Made by a program: the position numbers and the translations under genes. DNA of 52,308 bases, filler included, from Catajapyx aquilonaris (lineage: Eukaryota): the NCBI GenBank assembly GCA_000934665.2. It is 3 parts of 3 records of this genome, joined end to end, with 100 filler letters (N's around TTAATTAATTAA, not from the genome) between each part and the next. Parts side by side here need not be neighbours in the genome. Positions count along the whole stretch, not along the records: positions 18,772 to 35,496 come from JYFJ02007130.1; positions 35,597 to 52,308 come from JYFJ02007131.1; 1 more part is not named here. One strand, 5' to 3'. Of this stretch, positions 25,824 to 37,530 are shown piece by piece. Positions within the stretch are counted from its first letter, which is position 1, and each line of letters opens with the position of its first letter. Under the pieces are notes generated by a model. That model did not search any database. It saw only the letters and a list, made by a program, of their open reading frames with translations, and was not told the origin of the DNA.

Positions 25824-26622
25824 TACACCTCTTTGTGGACGACCCTTTTGCCATTGTGCAGCACTTTATGTCATCTTAGGTTTATAGACTAATGGTTTTG
25901 ACAGACACTAGCATGAAATAAAGTTCATTCGCCAAAGGATGTGGGAGGACAAGGTCAACTTTCCGGATAGAGACAATAGAGAGTTTCAGGTGTCAGGTGA
26001 GCTACGCGACGACGGTGCACACCGGTGGTAGCAGTGGGATGGTTTCGGTCATCGGAATGGGAATCGTGTGCCGCTATCACCCCACCCGTATCGGGACACG
26101 AAACGTACAGAGTGGGTGGATGATAGCGGGGGGAACCATCGGACCAATCACCGCTTCGGTTATGCTTCTCCGGGGCTCACGGAGTTTCGTTTCGTGACAT
26201 ACGATAAGGCCCACTGAAACTCTCTAATGTTTCACTTGCGACCGCAGGTACGTAGCAGTCCCTTTTATTTATTTCCTGTTTATTTAGAGGGGGTTGGATG
26301 TGTAACACGAGCTCTTATTAAAATTCAAATGTTCAAAAGTGGACCACTGTGCCCCGGTCTCCTGTGCATATAGGTCTTCAATAAGGCCCTTCAAAAAGGA
26401 CCTTCACTAGGAAATACGCGTGTTGCATAATATTGTAATCGTAATGGCCGCTCTTGAACAACACTGGAAGAGTATTACTTACACGTGTGCAACGTTTCAT
26501 AACTGTTCAACGTGAGCCCGACGTGACGGTTCGCTCGGTCCATTATTCTCTCTTGGGTTTTTATCTTTCCAGGTAGGCTACTCCCCAAAATCAAAATCTA
26601 CTCTTGTTATTGTTTATTACAG

Positions 26623-27201
26623 ATGAGGCCAAGGTTTCTGGAGGCCTGCAAGGAAGGGAGGCTGGAAGAGGTGAAGAGGATGGTGGAGGAGGGAGGGGGT
26701 GGGGTGGAGAGATGGGTGGGTATGAGGGGCGATCGGGGTGGAGAGAGTGGACTCCTCCTGGCAGCACGGGAAGGGAGGGACGAGGTGGTCGCATACCTGG
26801 TGGGTGCAGGATGGCCTGTCAACCAGGGAGACCATGAGGACTGGACATCCCTCCACGTGGCAGCATGGAGAGAACTCATGTCCACCTGCCAGACACTGAT
26901 CAGGGAAGGGGCGGATGTGGGGGCAAAGAACAAGCTTGGGGACCAGCCCATCCACCTCGCTTCTCGGTGTGGCCACGTCCAGGTTGTGGAGTTACTCCTG
27001 GAGGAAGGGGCAGGGCTGGAGGACAAGGGATCGGAGGACTGGACCCCTCTCCACTTTGCGGCAGAGAACAACCAACCAGACTGTGTTCGCTTCCTTCTCG
27101 CCATGGGAGCGGACAAGGAGGCCAGAGACGAGCGTGGGAGGACGCCCCTTGACATTATTGCAAAGGAGGAGGGATATGATGATGTGGTCAAACTTCTTCA
27201 G
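26623..27201 (+). CDS. Ankyrin-repeat exon, probably exon 4 of the ankyrin-kinase gene
   Basis: Acceptor TTTATTACAG in phase 0, compatible with the 24539 donor; TSLHVAAW, QPIHLASRCG, TPLHFAAENN, TPLDII; donor CAG|GTATT. Confidence 0.75.
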
Positions 27202-28082
27202 GTATTAATTCGGGGAGCATTTGACATTTTGTCATGGCCAACAGTTCAGTGCGTGCCTGCTGAAGATAATAGTAGTTGGAACTTACCCAATCTTCACTTT
27301 AAAATAATATTTCAGCATCTGATGCCTGTTATGAGGCTAATTAATCCAGATTTCCCCTAGTTTGCGTCGAATGCAATTATCACAGTTAATACCAAAATGT
27401 TAGATATAATGTAGCAATTCATTTGGCTCTATAATTGGGTCGGCGTGTCTTACTGCATGGCCACTAAATAGTGCGATAATGTATAATATACACTATAACC
27501 CCTTGGCACAGGAGCATCCATGATCTCAGAAAGCCTTCTGACCACAGCACGACTCAGGTAGAATAGGTAGATAGTAGAATATTCTCACACATGCATGAGA
27601 TAATTATGATTCAATGACTTTTCGTCGGAGACCCATGTTGCATATACTCAAAGTGATCGGCTAGAACCCATGTATCATTACCCATTAAGCGAATGTAGAT
27701 TTAATTTCCGCACCCTGCTGCACTCTCACTGAATTGATCCGAATGATCTCTATACTGCGCACCTATAATATGAAGCGTCTGGTGCAGGTGCAGAAGACAT
27801 TATTGAACACAACAGTTGTTTGTCTCGTTGCGATTGTTACTATAGAAACGAAAACTTTTCAACAAATTGACGGCCATGGATCTGCCTGCGAGGGCGTCGT
27901 ATTTCTTGAAATCACTAAGCCCAGTTTTAACAGCAGGACTGGGCTACTCATGCCAATTAGAAATTCTAGTAACAATCGTGAGTAATTCGGCGTGATAATC
28001 ACAAATTGTATTGGTAATTCAAATCAATGTTTACATATTCTTTGAACGATCTTTGTGTAGACCACCCAGAAGAAGGGCTGTG

Positions 28083-29419
28083 ATGAGCAAGGACTACTAC
28101 AAGACCCTGGGCGTGGGTCGCAAGGCCACGGAGGAGGAGATTAAGAAGGCCTACAGGACCCTGGCCCTGAGGTACCACCCGGACAAGAACAAGTCCTCTG
28201 GGGCAGAGGACATGTTCAAGGATGTGGCAGAGGCCTACGAGGTGTTGAGCGACAAGAAGAGACGCGATCAGTACGACCAGGCAGGACAGCAGACGACTAG
28301 CAACACCAAGGGCGCACCCAGGGGCGGCCACTCCCAGCAGCAAGGGGCCAGGCCTGCCCACCACACCTTCCACTACGTCTACCACGGCGACCCTTGGGCC
28401 ACATTCGCCCAGTTCTTCGGTACGTCCGACATCCACGACCTGTTCAACATGGGCAGCGGACCTCCTGACCTCTTTGTCTTCTTCGAGGATGACCGAACCG
28501 GAATGAACAACCCCTTCATGGACATGGGGTTGGGACCCGGATCCAGTCGGAGCACCCAGTTCTTTCCGGGTCAACAGGGGCCTAACACAATGCCGTTTTT
28601 TCCAGGCTCAGGTAAGGTGTTGTAATAGCTGTGACCAGAACATCGTTTGAGACCGATGCAACCAGCAGGTCCAGGCGACCCGTTTCCTCCTCCGGGTATG
28701 GGTCCAACACAGCAGCGAACAGCGTTCTTCCAGGTCCGACAACCTTCCAGCAACCAACATCAGAAACGGATACGAGAGAATGAGCAGGACGTACCGGTGG
28801 AGCACGAGATGTATCTGACCCTTGAGGAAGTGGCCGTTGGCTGCAACAAGAAGCTGAGGCTGTCCAGGAATGTTGTGCAGCCCAACGGGGTCAGGACAAG
28901 GGATGAAAAGGTGCTGACCATCGAGGTCAAACCTGGCTGGAGAGCTGGAACTAGGATCACATTTCCGAGGCAGGGGGATCAGGGGACTGGAAAGGTACCG
29001 GCGGACGTCGTGGTCGTCGTCAGGGACAAGCCTCACCATCTGTTCCTCAGGGACGGGAGTGACCTTAGGTACACTGCGACCCTCACTCTTGCCCAGGTCA
29101 GTATACTAACATTATATAGTCGGCCTAGAGCCTATAACTTGCCTATCGATGAAGAGTGTCGCCAACGTCATTCACCAAATGATGATTTCAGGCATTGTGC
29201 GGGGCTGAAGTGGAGATTCCGACGCTGACCGGCGCAACATTGACCCTGGACGTGACCCGAGAGGTCGTGACCCCAAAGACGATAAAGAGGGTGCCCAATA
29301 TGGGCCTGCCTTATCCGAACGAGCAGTCCAGAAGAGGTGATCTGATCGTATTATTCGACGTACTTTTTCCGGACAGACTCACCGACGATGCTAAGATGAT
29401 CCTGCGAGAGACGCTCTGA
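28083..29419 (+). CDS. DnaJ/Hsp40 class B co-chaperone (DNAJB1/4/5-like); exons 28083-28611, ~28666/28669-29096, 29192-29419
   Basis: J domain [11 protein letters not shown]...YHPDKNK; G/F-rich linker; C-terminal [25 protein letters not shown] and [24 protein letters not shown]; in-frame GT-AG introns; AATAAA at 29448. Confidence 0.92.
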
Positions 29420-29940
29420 TGACTGCAACAATCGTACTGTCACTTGCAATAAAAAGTGGCGTACATTTACTAATATTAAGTAATTAGTTTAATGCCCATG
29501 GAAGCACTGGCCACACGAGAGGAAGTGTCCAACAACAGGGAATAAGCAGGGAATAAAAATCATTCTGCAAGAGACCATAGTAAGCAATTTTATTGTCAAT
29601 AAATATTCGTATTAAATATTCGTCGTGAGCTACGGCCCGTGGGCGGAATTAGATGCGTGCAAACAGACATGTTTTGCGAATAACTGTTCGATTAGCGAGT
29701 TATGTTATGTAACAGCACGTGTCACCCACATTTCCACGCGTCTTATTCCTAGAGCTGGGATGTGAATAATGAAGGTTTCGGTCCTCTTCGGCGAAACGGG
29801 CGTATGTGGTAAGGCCCAAGGATGTCAATCAAAATATTATTACGTAAGGGTAAGGCCAAGAAGGATAGCACGATTTGTGGGTTATGTAACATCTGGTCTG
29901 TCCCTGAGATGGATTGGGGTCATTTTATTTCCAGGTCAGC

Positions 29941-31779
29941 TCACATACCTGAACGCCAATTAATGATCACTTCAACAGCAAATGCAACAACAGACATGAT
30001 GGCGCCTCCTCCAAAGACCATAACAGCTCCAATCACTTTGGCGACAGTCAGCTTGTCGTGTCCTTCGCTGGACAATACCTCCAGGTAATGTCTGTTTGCT
30101 CTGGTGGAATTCAAGGCAATGATGTACATAAACAAACGTTCGGCCCTTTGCCAAATACCAATGGAATTGTACACCTGGATTTTGCGTTGGAAACTGTCCG
30201 AGTAAGGGCTGTCCTTGGGGAAGGCCATCGACAAATATGCCCACCCAAAGTTGCTATTGGACAACAGAACCTTCGACTCTCCTTTTTCGTCGTATAACTC
30301 TGGACATTGCAGGAAACGGGACTGAGAATCGAACAAGACGCAAGAGTCGTCCCCATCCAACGTAGTAAGGATGCATTCCTTGGTGGTCTCCACCCCGCTG
30401 CTCTTCTCCAACATTATGTCCTGGTCATTTGGGTCAACTTCCTCGTCAGATATGAACAACTCCTTTTCCCTCTTATACACGTTCAAAATGTACACGTCGA
30501 AATTGGAGTGTACCAGCTCTGATGTGGTTTCTGGCAGGATTTCTTTACCCGGACTGAGAATAAGAGACAGCAGGTCTGTCTTGTACCCGACTCCAACATT
30601 GAAGGCCAAGATTGCCCAGGACACGAGCAGCATTCGAAAAGAATAAGCAGAAGGCACTTCAGGAAACTGCTCGATCATCACCATTGCTGTCCTGGCCAGG
30701 TGGGACATGTAGGGACGACGCGTGGTTGCCATCAACTTGGATCGACACAGTTCCAGGAGGTAGAGACAAAGAGACACGAAGAATATGGAGAGGACTATCA
30801 TGGACCAGGTAAGAGGCTGGTAGGGAAGGAGGAACACAGCTGGGCTTAGGACATCCTTTGGTTTCCGGGTGAGGAACGTGAGTCGACCAAATCTGTGGTA
30901 GGATATGAACTCCAAGATGCGCAACCTAAAGATCGAGTAGACGTTCGCAATGGACGGAATGAAGCTAATTTTGCCTGACCTCATATCGTTTAGGGCCTGA
31001 AACATTTGGGTGGCATTGGCAGCATCGACAACTGTCACGTCCCAGGTGAAGTTGAGGGCATCTTGCAAGAAGCACATCTGAGGGATCATTATAGTCACCA
31101 AATCACTGCATTGGGAAGGATCCATGCGTATATCCGACACACCTTTCAGATGCCTTTTCCGAAAGTTGTCCTCTGCGTTGGGAAGCGTGTCCTGGACATG
31201 AGGAACATTCTCCAGGAGCTGAATGGTCGTGTCACTTCCTGACTCGCAGTGGAAGCAGTCCGTGCTCACCATCAATTCATCTTCGGAGTCAAAGTGAAGA
31301 GCCAACTTGAACTTCACCTTTATCAAATGCAGCCTCATGAAATGGTCCTGAAAGTGGTTGTCCCTCACCCAAACCACGAACAAATCCTTTGTTTTGCGAA
31401 CACTGGCTCGTTTGTAGAGATCTGTCATTGTTTTGTCCAGTGTGTCCATGCATGTCGTGACGAAGTGAACTGCGCAGTTACATGTACTCTTCAGCTCATC
31501 TTCGTCATCTTCGTCGTCTTCATCGCCTTCTTCGACAACACCCGTGCAGTTGAAGCGTGTCCTTTGGACAGATTGAAGCACCACAACTGGCCTGTCCTGA
31601 TCTGCCAGAAGTGTCTGCAGCGAAGGGTGAATCCCTTCCCAAAGGTCGTGGCGGATGACAAGAGAGCAAGTGACATCCACTTGATCCAACACACCGGACA
31701 AGTACTGGGTCACCTTTGACACTGGGTCTGTCCGATTCACTAAAACCAGTGAGGTGAAGAGTGCCATCCAGGTCTCCAT
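29941..31779 (-). CDS. Divergent ionotropic receptor (variant iGluR chemoreceptor), intronless, 612 aa
   Basis: M1 FLLPYQPLTWSMIVLSIFFV; pore MIEQ; M2 SFRMLLVSWAILAFNVGVGYKTDLLSLI; S2 AFPKDSPYSDSFQRKI...GIW; M3 LTVAKVIGAVMVFGGG. Confidence 0.88.
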   Translation of the reverse strand: METWMALFTSLVLVNRTDPVSKVTQYLSGVLDQVDVTCSLVIRHDLWEGIHPSLQTLLADQDRPVVVLQSVQRTRFNCTGVVEEGDEDDEDDEDELKSTCNCAVHFVTTCMDTLDKTMTDLYKRASVRKTKDLFVVWVRDNHFQDHFMRLHLIKVKFKLALHFDSEDELMVSTDCFHCESGSDTTIQLLENVPHVQDTLPNAEDNFRKRHLKGVSDIRMDPSQCSDLVTIMIPQMCFLQDALNFTWDVTVVDAANATQMFQALNDMRSGKISFIPSIANVYSIFRLRILEFISYHRFGRLTFLTRKPKDVLSPAVFLLPYQPLTWSMIVLSIFFVSLCLYLLELCRSKLMATTRRPYMSHLARTAMVMIEQFPEVPSAYSFRMLLVSWAILAFNVGVGYKTDLLSLILSPGKEILPETTSELVHSNFDVYILNVYKREKELFISDEEVDPNDQDIMLEKSSGVETTKECILTTLDGDDSCVLFDSQSRFLQCPELYDEKGESKVLLSNSNFGWAYLSMAFPKDSPYSDSFQRKIQVYNSIGIWQRAERLFMYIIALNSTRANRHYLEVLSSEGHDKLTVAKVIGAVMVFGGGAIMSVVAFAVEVIINWRSGM

Positions 31780-32604
31780 GGCTTTTCTCTTGGTGACACG
31801 GAGCCAACTGCAAGGATGAAAAACTTGCTACTGACTGAAACAAAATCTATTCCTTCCAGAAGTTCAGGTGTGTTGCATAACCATATACCGCTTCTATTGA
31901 CACCAGTGCTTACGTAACACCCCATCAAAGCAGATCCTGTGATATTTAAGGCACGGAGGCCACACATGTCGGAAGATTCCATGAAGTAATAATGTTCTAG
32001 AGGGCGGCAACAGATAATTATGACGATCTATACCCGTCTATACCGTCTGCCCCACATTGAAGTCGATGCATGTTCTGGACAATCCTGTAGATGTACGATG
32101 CATTCTTAAATAATGAAGAACCTGATTGCCTCTGGTGTATTTAATACTGATAGTATGAATGCATATTACACAAGAAAACATCCGATTATGCAGCCCCATC
32201 GGCATATTTAAATTACATGATGTGTTAAATTTTTCTTTGAGTTCACATATAGCCGTACTGAATCAGACAAGTGAGTGTTGGGAAATGTGTTACTGGATGT
32301 AATTAACTGGCTCGCTTAATTTGTATAAGAAATATAACTGCGATGATTAAAATGATGATATAGAAGGTTCATTTATTTCACCCCTTTATAATTATGAAAA
32401 CAGAGACCCGTATATGAAAAATGCGGATTGCCTTTTCACGTGAAGATGGCAAGCCATGTGACTGGTTCTCATTGACTTTCATGAAAATTACATTTAATGA
32501 TATTACATTTATTAACATACATTTCATACACATAAATTACATGTTACATTTACTTGCATCACATTTAATTGGCGACATAAAATTCTGCTCAAAGGGACCA
32601 TTAA

Positions 32605-33209
32605 CCCTTTGATGGCGGAGATTTTGAGGGATTGCATTACCCCCCCCCCCCCNCCCTTTCCGGAAATTTTATGACCTCACCGATTTTCTTCAAATTCGGT
32701 GAATTGGTAGCCCCGCACCCCAAGGGATGAAAAACGCACCTATAGTTACCTGATCAAAATGACCGTGACCCATATTAGAGGAGGGCATATGTCAATGCAC
32801 CGAATTTCAAGAAATAGGTGAGGTTGGAATTTGACCTCTGCCCTCCTCAGAATTTGGTCACATGGTCATTTTGCTCAGGTGACTGTAGGTGCGTTTGTCA
32901 TCCCTTGGGGTGGGCTACCAATGCACCGAATTTCAAGAAAATCGGTGAGGTCGGAATTTTATGCCTTGACCTCTGCCCTCCTTCAATATAGATCACATGG
33001 TCATTTTGATCAGGTCACTATGGGTGCGTTTTTCATCACTTGGAGTGGGCTAATCATGCACCGAATTTCAAGAAAATCGGGGAGGTTGGTTGGAATTTTA
33101 TGAGCTTCAAGTTGGCAAGGCAAATCTCAGGACATCATAATTATGATGTCCGTAGGCCCTCCAGCAATGTAAGCTCGGACATCATATGATGTCCGTAGGC
33201 ATCAAAGGG
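32605..33209. mobile_element. Non-autonomous piggyBac element
   Basis: TTAA|CCCTTTGATG ... CATCAAAGGG|TTAA; internal ~130-bp repeats. Confidence 0.9.
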
Positions 33210-33402
33210 TTAAAAATAAACCTGCAAACCATGCATACTTGTAGAAATATTAAGTGCAACTCCCCTGAAAGAACAGGAATCATTTGAAACTACTGTAGCC
33301 TACCTATTGCTTTTGGATTTCATGTTTTAATAATGTTTGCATGCAGAAGTACTTTTGTGCGAAAATTAGGTGACTACAAATGTGGTGCTAGGAAAAATTC
33401 GC

Positions 33403-33465
33403 ACTCTCATATGACTTGGACATGACGCTGCTTCAAGCAGCGTCATGTCCAAGTCATATGAGAGT
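33403..33465. repeat. Perfect 31-bp palindrome with a 1-nt centre
   Basis: ACTCTCATATGACTTGGACATGACGCTGCTT-C-AAGCAGCGTCATGTCCAAGTCATATGAGAGT. Confidence 0.95.
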
Positions 33466-35496
33466 ACCAAGCAGTGCTTGGTACTTTAATTGATTTAATT
33501 ACACACATGAACGTCATAGGACATACGGGTCATTCCATTTACTTGCGCTTTTCATGCTCTGAACATGCATAATAATTTTCTTGTAGGCCTTTAGTTGCTT
33601 TTACTCCATGTTACTATCACTTTTTAGAACATCTTATTCAGTCATTTAAAATGTATCAAATTAGTTTGATATCTTATTGATGGGAAAAAGCAGCATCGCT
33701 TTTGTCGTGAATGGAAAACAAATGTGTGGTTATCCCTTAAACCAGTGGTTCATCCTCACATGTATAGATTTAATACCCCTAACAGGTAAACTGACTAATA
33801 ATTTCAGTATAAAAAATCCTGCCGCCACAAAAATTATTTTTACATAGTGAATATGGCCTGTGTTACATGCAGCTTATCACTTACCATCAGTAACAGAGGC
33901 TGCAGGCCTGTAACACAGGGGTAAAATGTAACAGAGAGCGCAGTAGTAGTAATATGCGGCTCCTAAAACAATGGATCATCAATCATCCGTTGACAGCTCA
34001 CTTCCGGTCTATTGTTCTTGCTCACCCACAATGATTTTACATGATTTTAATTGATTATCTTAATGAGTTTGGACATGCGAGCACCTGTTTCCGGTCTCGG
34101 TCACCTGTTTCCGGTTGAGGGGGGCCGCTCGGTACCCACCTGTCGGTTACAGTTATGACAGCTAATACATAACTTATCTCAACATATAATCATTACCTGA
34201 CGTCAGAAACCGTGATTTTTCGTCACCTACTCGGCATCCCGCACGTGCCTACATCGAGTGGAAAACCGTGATTTATTTTTTAACCGTGATTTTTCGTCAC
34301 GTACTCGCCATCTGGCACATGCCTCCATAGAGTGAAGAACTGTGATTTTTCATCAACTACTCGTATAAGACTCCTGCCATTGAGACGCGTGCCATTAATT
34401 AGTGACATATAGGGTGCATTCGAATGGCTGCCAATCGATCTACTCACGTGCACAGGTGAGAATCCAGGTAAGTACAGGTGAGAACCATTCGATTAATCAT
34501 ACAGATAAGTACAGGTGAGAATCGATACACAGGTCAGTACAGGTGCCAATCAATCGATCAGTTATCGGAAAATCAATTAGTACATGCATAGATCAATAAG
34601 CTCACATGAATATCGATATTTGTAACGTGCGATCTGGGAATATCGATTGAAAATCACAAGGAAATCCCATATGATGAGCATTGCCAATCCATTGTTGTCA
34701 ATCATACCAATGTTACCAAGTCATTGTTGCCAATCTGACGGTTATACAATGTTGCCAATTCAAACTGACCATTACGAGGCGAGATTTTTTTGCTCATGAT
34801 GGGGGCAAGATTTTTGAAGGTGACGGTTGAGATGCCTTGGAGGAGGAGGACTCAATCCCTGGTCCTCTAATAGGAGTAGTCATTAAGCCATGGACAGTGT
34901 TGCCAATCTTACCATTGATGCCAATTTGTAATATTTTTGTTGGCAGTGTGCCCAGACCAGTTGAGTGACCCAGAGAATAATGTTAGAAAAGCTGTAGCAC
35001 CTGACCACTTGTTTCAGCGGTGAGTGATAATGAGAGCAGAGGTTAAAATATTGTTTGATGTGTCTACCTGAGCAATGATATTTTGTTCATGATGACCAGA
35101 GGGCGGGTGCCAGTCCATACCTGAGCAGACCATTCAGAATAATAACCATTATTATCTCAGGTGAGAATAAAATCTGGATAATAGTAGGAAAATGCATACA
35201 ACAACAACAACAACAACAACAACACGACATTTCCCTATGAGGGGTAGTCAGCGATGAAGGGAGATGCAAGCTAACCCAACATATGAACTAATAAAACTCA
35301 TGAGAAAGACCTAAGAAGAACCTGTCCCACCCCCCACCCCTGCCCACCTCAGACATCACCTTATCCTCAGACATATTTACCTATTTACCCATTAATTATC
35401 CTACGCCATTTACACCTATCCAAACAAACAACCCTAGCCTCAGCCACGTCCATGGTCCTATTGACACAAGAACGTCTCGGCTTAACACTAGCAACA

Positions 35497-35596
35497 NNNN
35501 NNNNNNNNNNNNNNNNNNNNNNNNNNNNNNNNNNNNNNNNTTAATTAATTAANNNNNNNNNNNNNNNNNNNNNNNNNNNNNNNNNNNNNNNNNNNN
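35497..35596. other. Assembly gap with TTAATTAATTAA spacer
   Basis: N-run; it truncates the 3' part of the micro-exon gene. Confidence 0.9.
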
Positions 35597-35598
35597 AC

Positions 35599-35627
35599 AA
35601 CCAATAATGTGAGTGAACCCCCTGTAC
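35599..35627 (-). CDS. Micro-exon 10 (3' end uncertain at gap): (G)TGGSLTLLV
   Basis: Follows acceptor CTTTTTGCAG; homologous to the 33-nt exons; GT follows but abuts Ns. Confidence 0.6.
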
Positions 35628-35993
35628 CTGCAAAAAGATAAAAGACAATTAACTTTCTCAATATTTGGACGTAAGTTTCTCGATATTACTTTCTGGCCTT
35701 TCGTGTCTGTTATGACCGAAAGTCTGTTAAAGCCGAGGCTGTTATATCCGGATTCAACGGTAATACATTCCCCAATCCAATGTTCTTGGCAAAAAACACC
35801 AGCTAAAATAGTGGGCTTCACAGAAACCTGGCTTGAAGAGGAGATAAAACCGGCAGATAGTGATAAGAACTATGTAGCATGGCACTCCTTATCAGAAAGG
35901 AGGTCCCATTTTGGTCATGCATCAGGTGGACTATGGTTAGCAGTTGACAAGACTCTAAAACCTGTATTAATTTCGAAATCTGAATATTATATA

Positions 35994-36369
35994 CAGGGTG
36001 GTCCAACTTTTTTGTCCGAACAGCTATCACGCAGCTATTGACAAATTCGGCCTAAGCTGCTTATGTTGTAGTGCGTTACCTGGCAACCCTGTCCGGCGGG
36101 CCAATTCAAACATCAGCCCATGGATAGCGCTTCCATTGTTGCCACTGTTTACAAATCGAATGAGTGAGTGCGCAGGCAGAAGAGATTCGTCGCTGGGTCA
36201 TCCGCGTCACTCACTCAATTAGTAAACAGTGGCAACAATGGAAGCAGTCTCCATGGGCTGATGTTTGAATTGGCCCGCCGGCCGGGGTTGCCAGGTAACG
36301 CACTACAACATAAGCAGCTTAGGCCGAATTTGTCAATAGCTGTTCGGACAATAAAGTTGGACCACCCTG
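35994..36369. mobile_element. Tc1/mariner-type palindromic MITE nested in the LINE
   Basis: TA TSD; TIR CAGGGTGGTCCAACTTT; removal restores the frame EYYI|CVTIV. Confidence 0.92.
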
Positions 36370-37292
36370 TATGTGTTACAATAGTAGATGTGAACGATAT
36401 GAAGTACGTTACAACTGGTGTGTCTCCCCCCATTAATGAATGTAAACACATTTCGACAGATATTGGAAGTTCAAGCAACCAGTATGGTAGAATTAGGAAT
36501 CCCAATAATTATTGTGGGTGACATGCGCGAATAGCGGAATACCCAGGCTATCAAATTGAAGAAATGACTTCAGTTGAAAAACGACTTAAGAACTTCAAGA
36601 GATAAAAAGATAAGCAAAAATGGTAGAGTTTTGATAGACTACTTAGAAACATACTCTTTTTTAAATAATGAATGGTAATATGCCGTCTGAAAAAAAGTAC
36701 TACTCAGAGACATTAAGAACGAAGCTCCTGGATACAAAAGACCCAAAATTATTTTGGGAAGTGCTAAAGCAATCAAAGAAGTATATAGTTCAAATAACCA
36801 TAGATAAAGATGTATGGTGGAAATATATAAGTGAAGTATACAAAAATACTTTACAAGAAGAATTACACCCAGTAGAAATTAATTATCACCTAAATGTCCC
36901 ACTTTTGGATCATCCGTTAACAAGAGAAGAGTATGAGGTAGTGATAAAAGAATTAAGATTAAAGTCATCGCCGGGCCCAGATATGATCCCAAATTCCCTA
37001 ATCTCAGTGCAATCAGAAAATTTTCACGAAGCACTCTATAAATTAATAGAACACAGCTTAGAATCTAATTATTCTTTTCCAGATGGATGGGCTCAAGCCA
37101 AACTTTGCCCCATATAATTATAAGTCAGGAAACAAGGATGACCCAGCAAATTTTAGGCCCATAGCACTTTGTAATAATACTTTTAAAATATTCACTAAGA
37201 GATTAAATAATAGAATTAAAAACTGGGCTGAGAAAAATAAGATATTACCAGAATGGCAGGCAGCATTTAGAAAAGGTAGGAGTTGTGCAGAC

Positions 37293-37530
37293 CAGGGTCA
37301 CCTACATGAGTGCCTCCCCCACCTAGACAGGGTATTGTCTCTCCGCCATATTGGAGCTAAATCAGGTAGGAAAATTGCATAGGAAAAAAAAGAATTGAAA
37401 AAAAAGAATCGCTTGCCAATTCCCTATCCTGCAGCATATGGGGCGGCCATATTGTAGCTAGATTGCATAAGGACTACGTGAAGACAATACCCGGGTTAGG
37501 GTGGGGGAGGCAACCATGTAGGGGACCCTG
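37293..37530. mobile_element. hAT-type MITE nested in the LINE RT
   Basis: TIR CAGGGTC(A/C)CCTACATG; 8-bp TSD GTGCAGAC; removal restores SCAD|HLLAL. Confidence 0.9.

Noticed and set aside
27201..28083. Read-through fusion of the ankyrin-kinase gene to DnaJ
   Set aside because: The phase-0 donor at 27201 joined to the acceptor at 28060 is out of frame with the J domain
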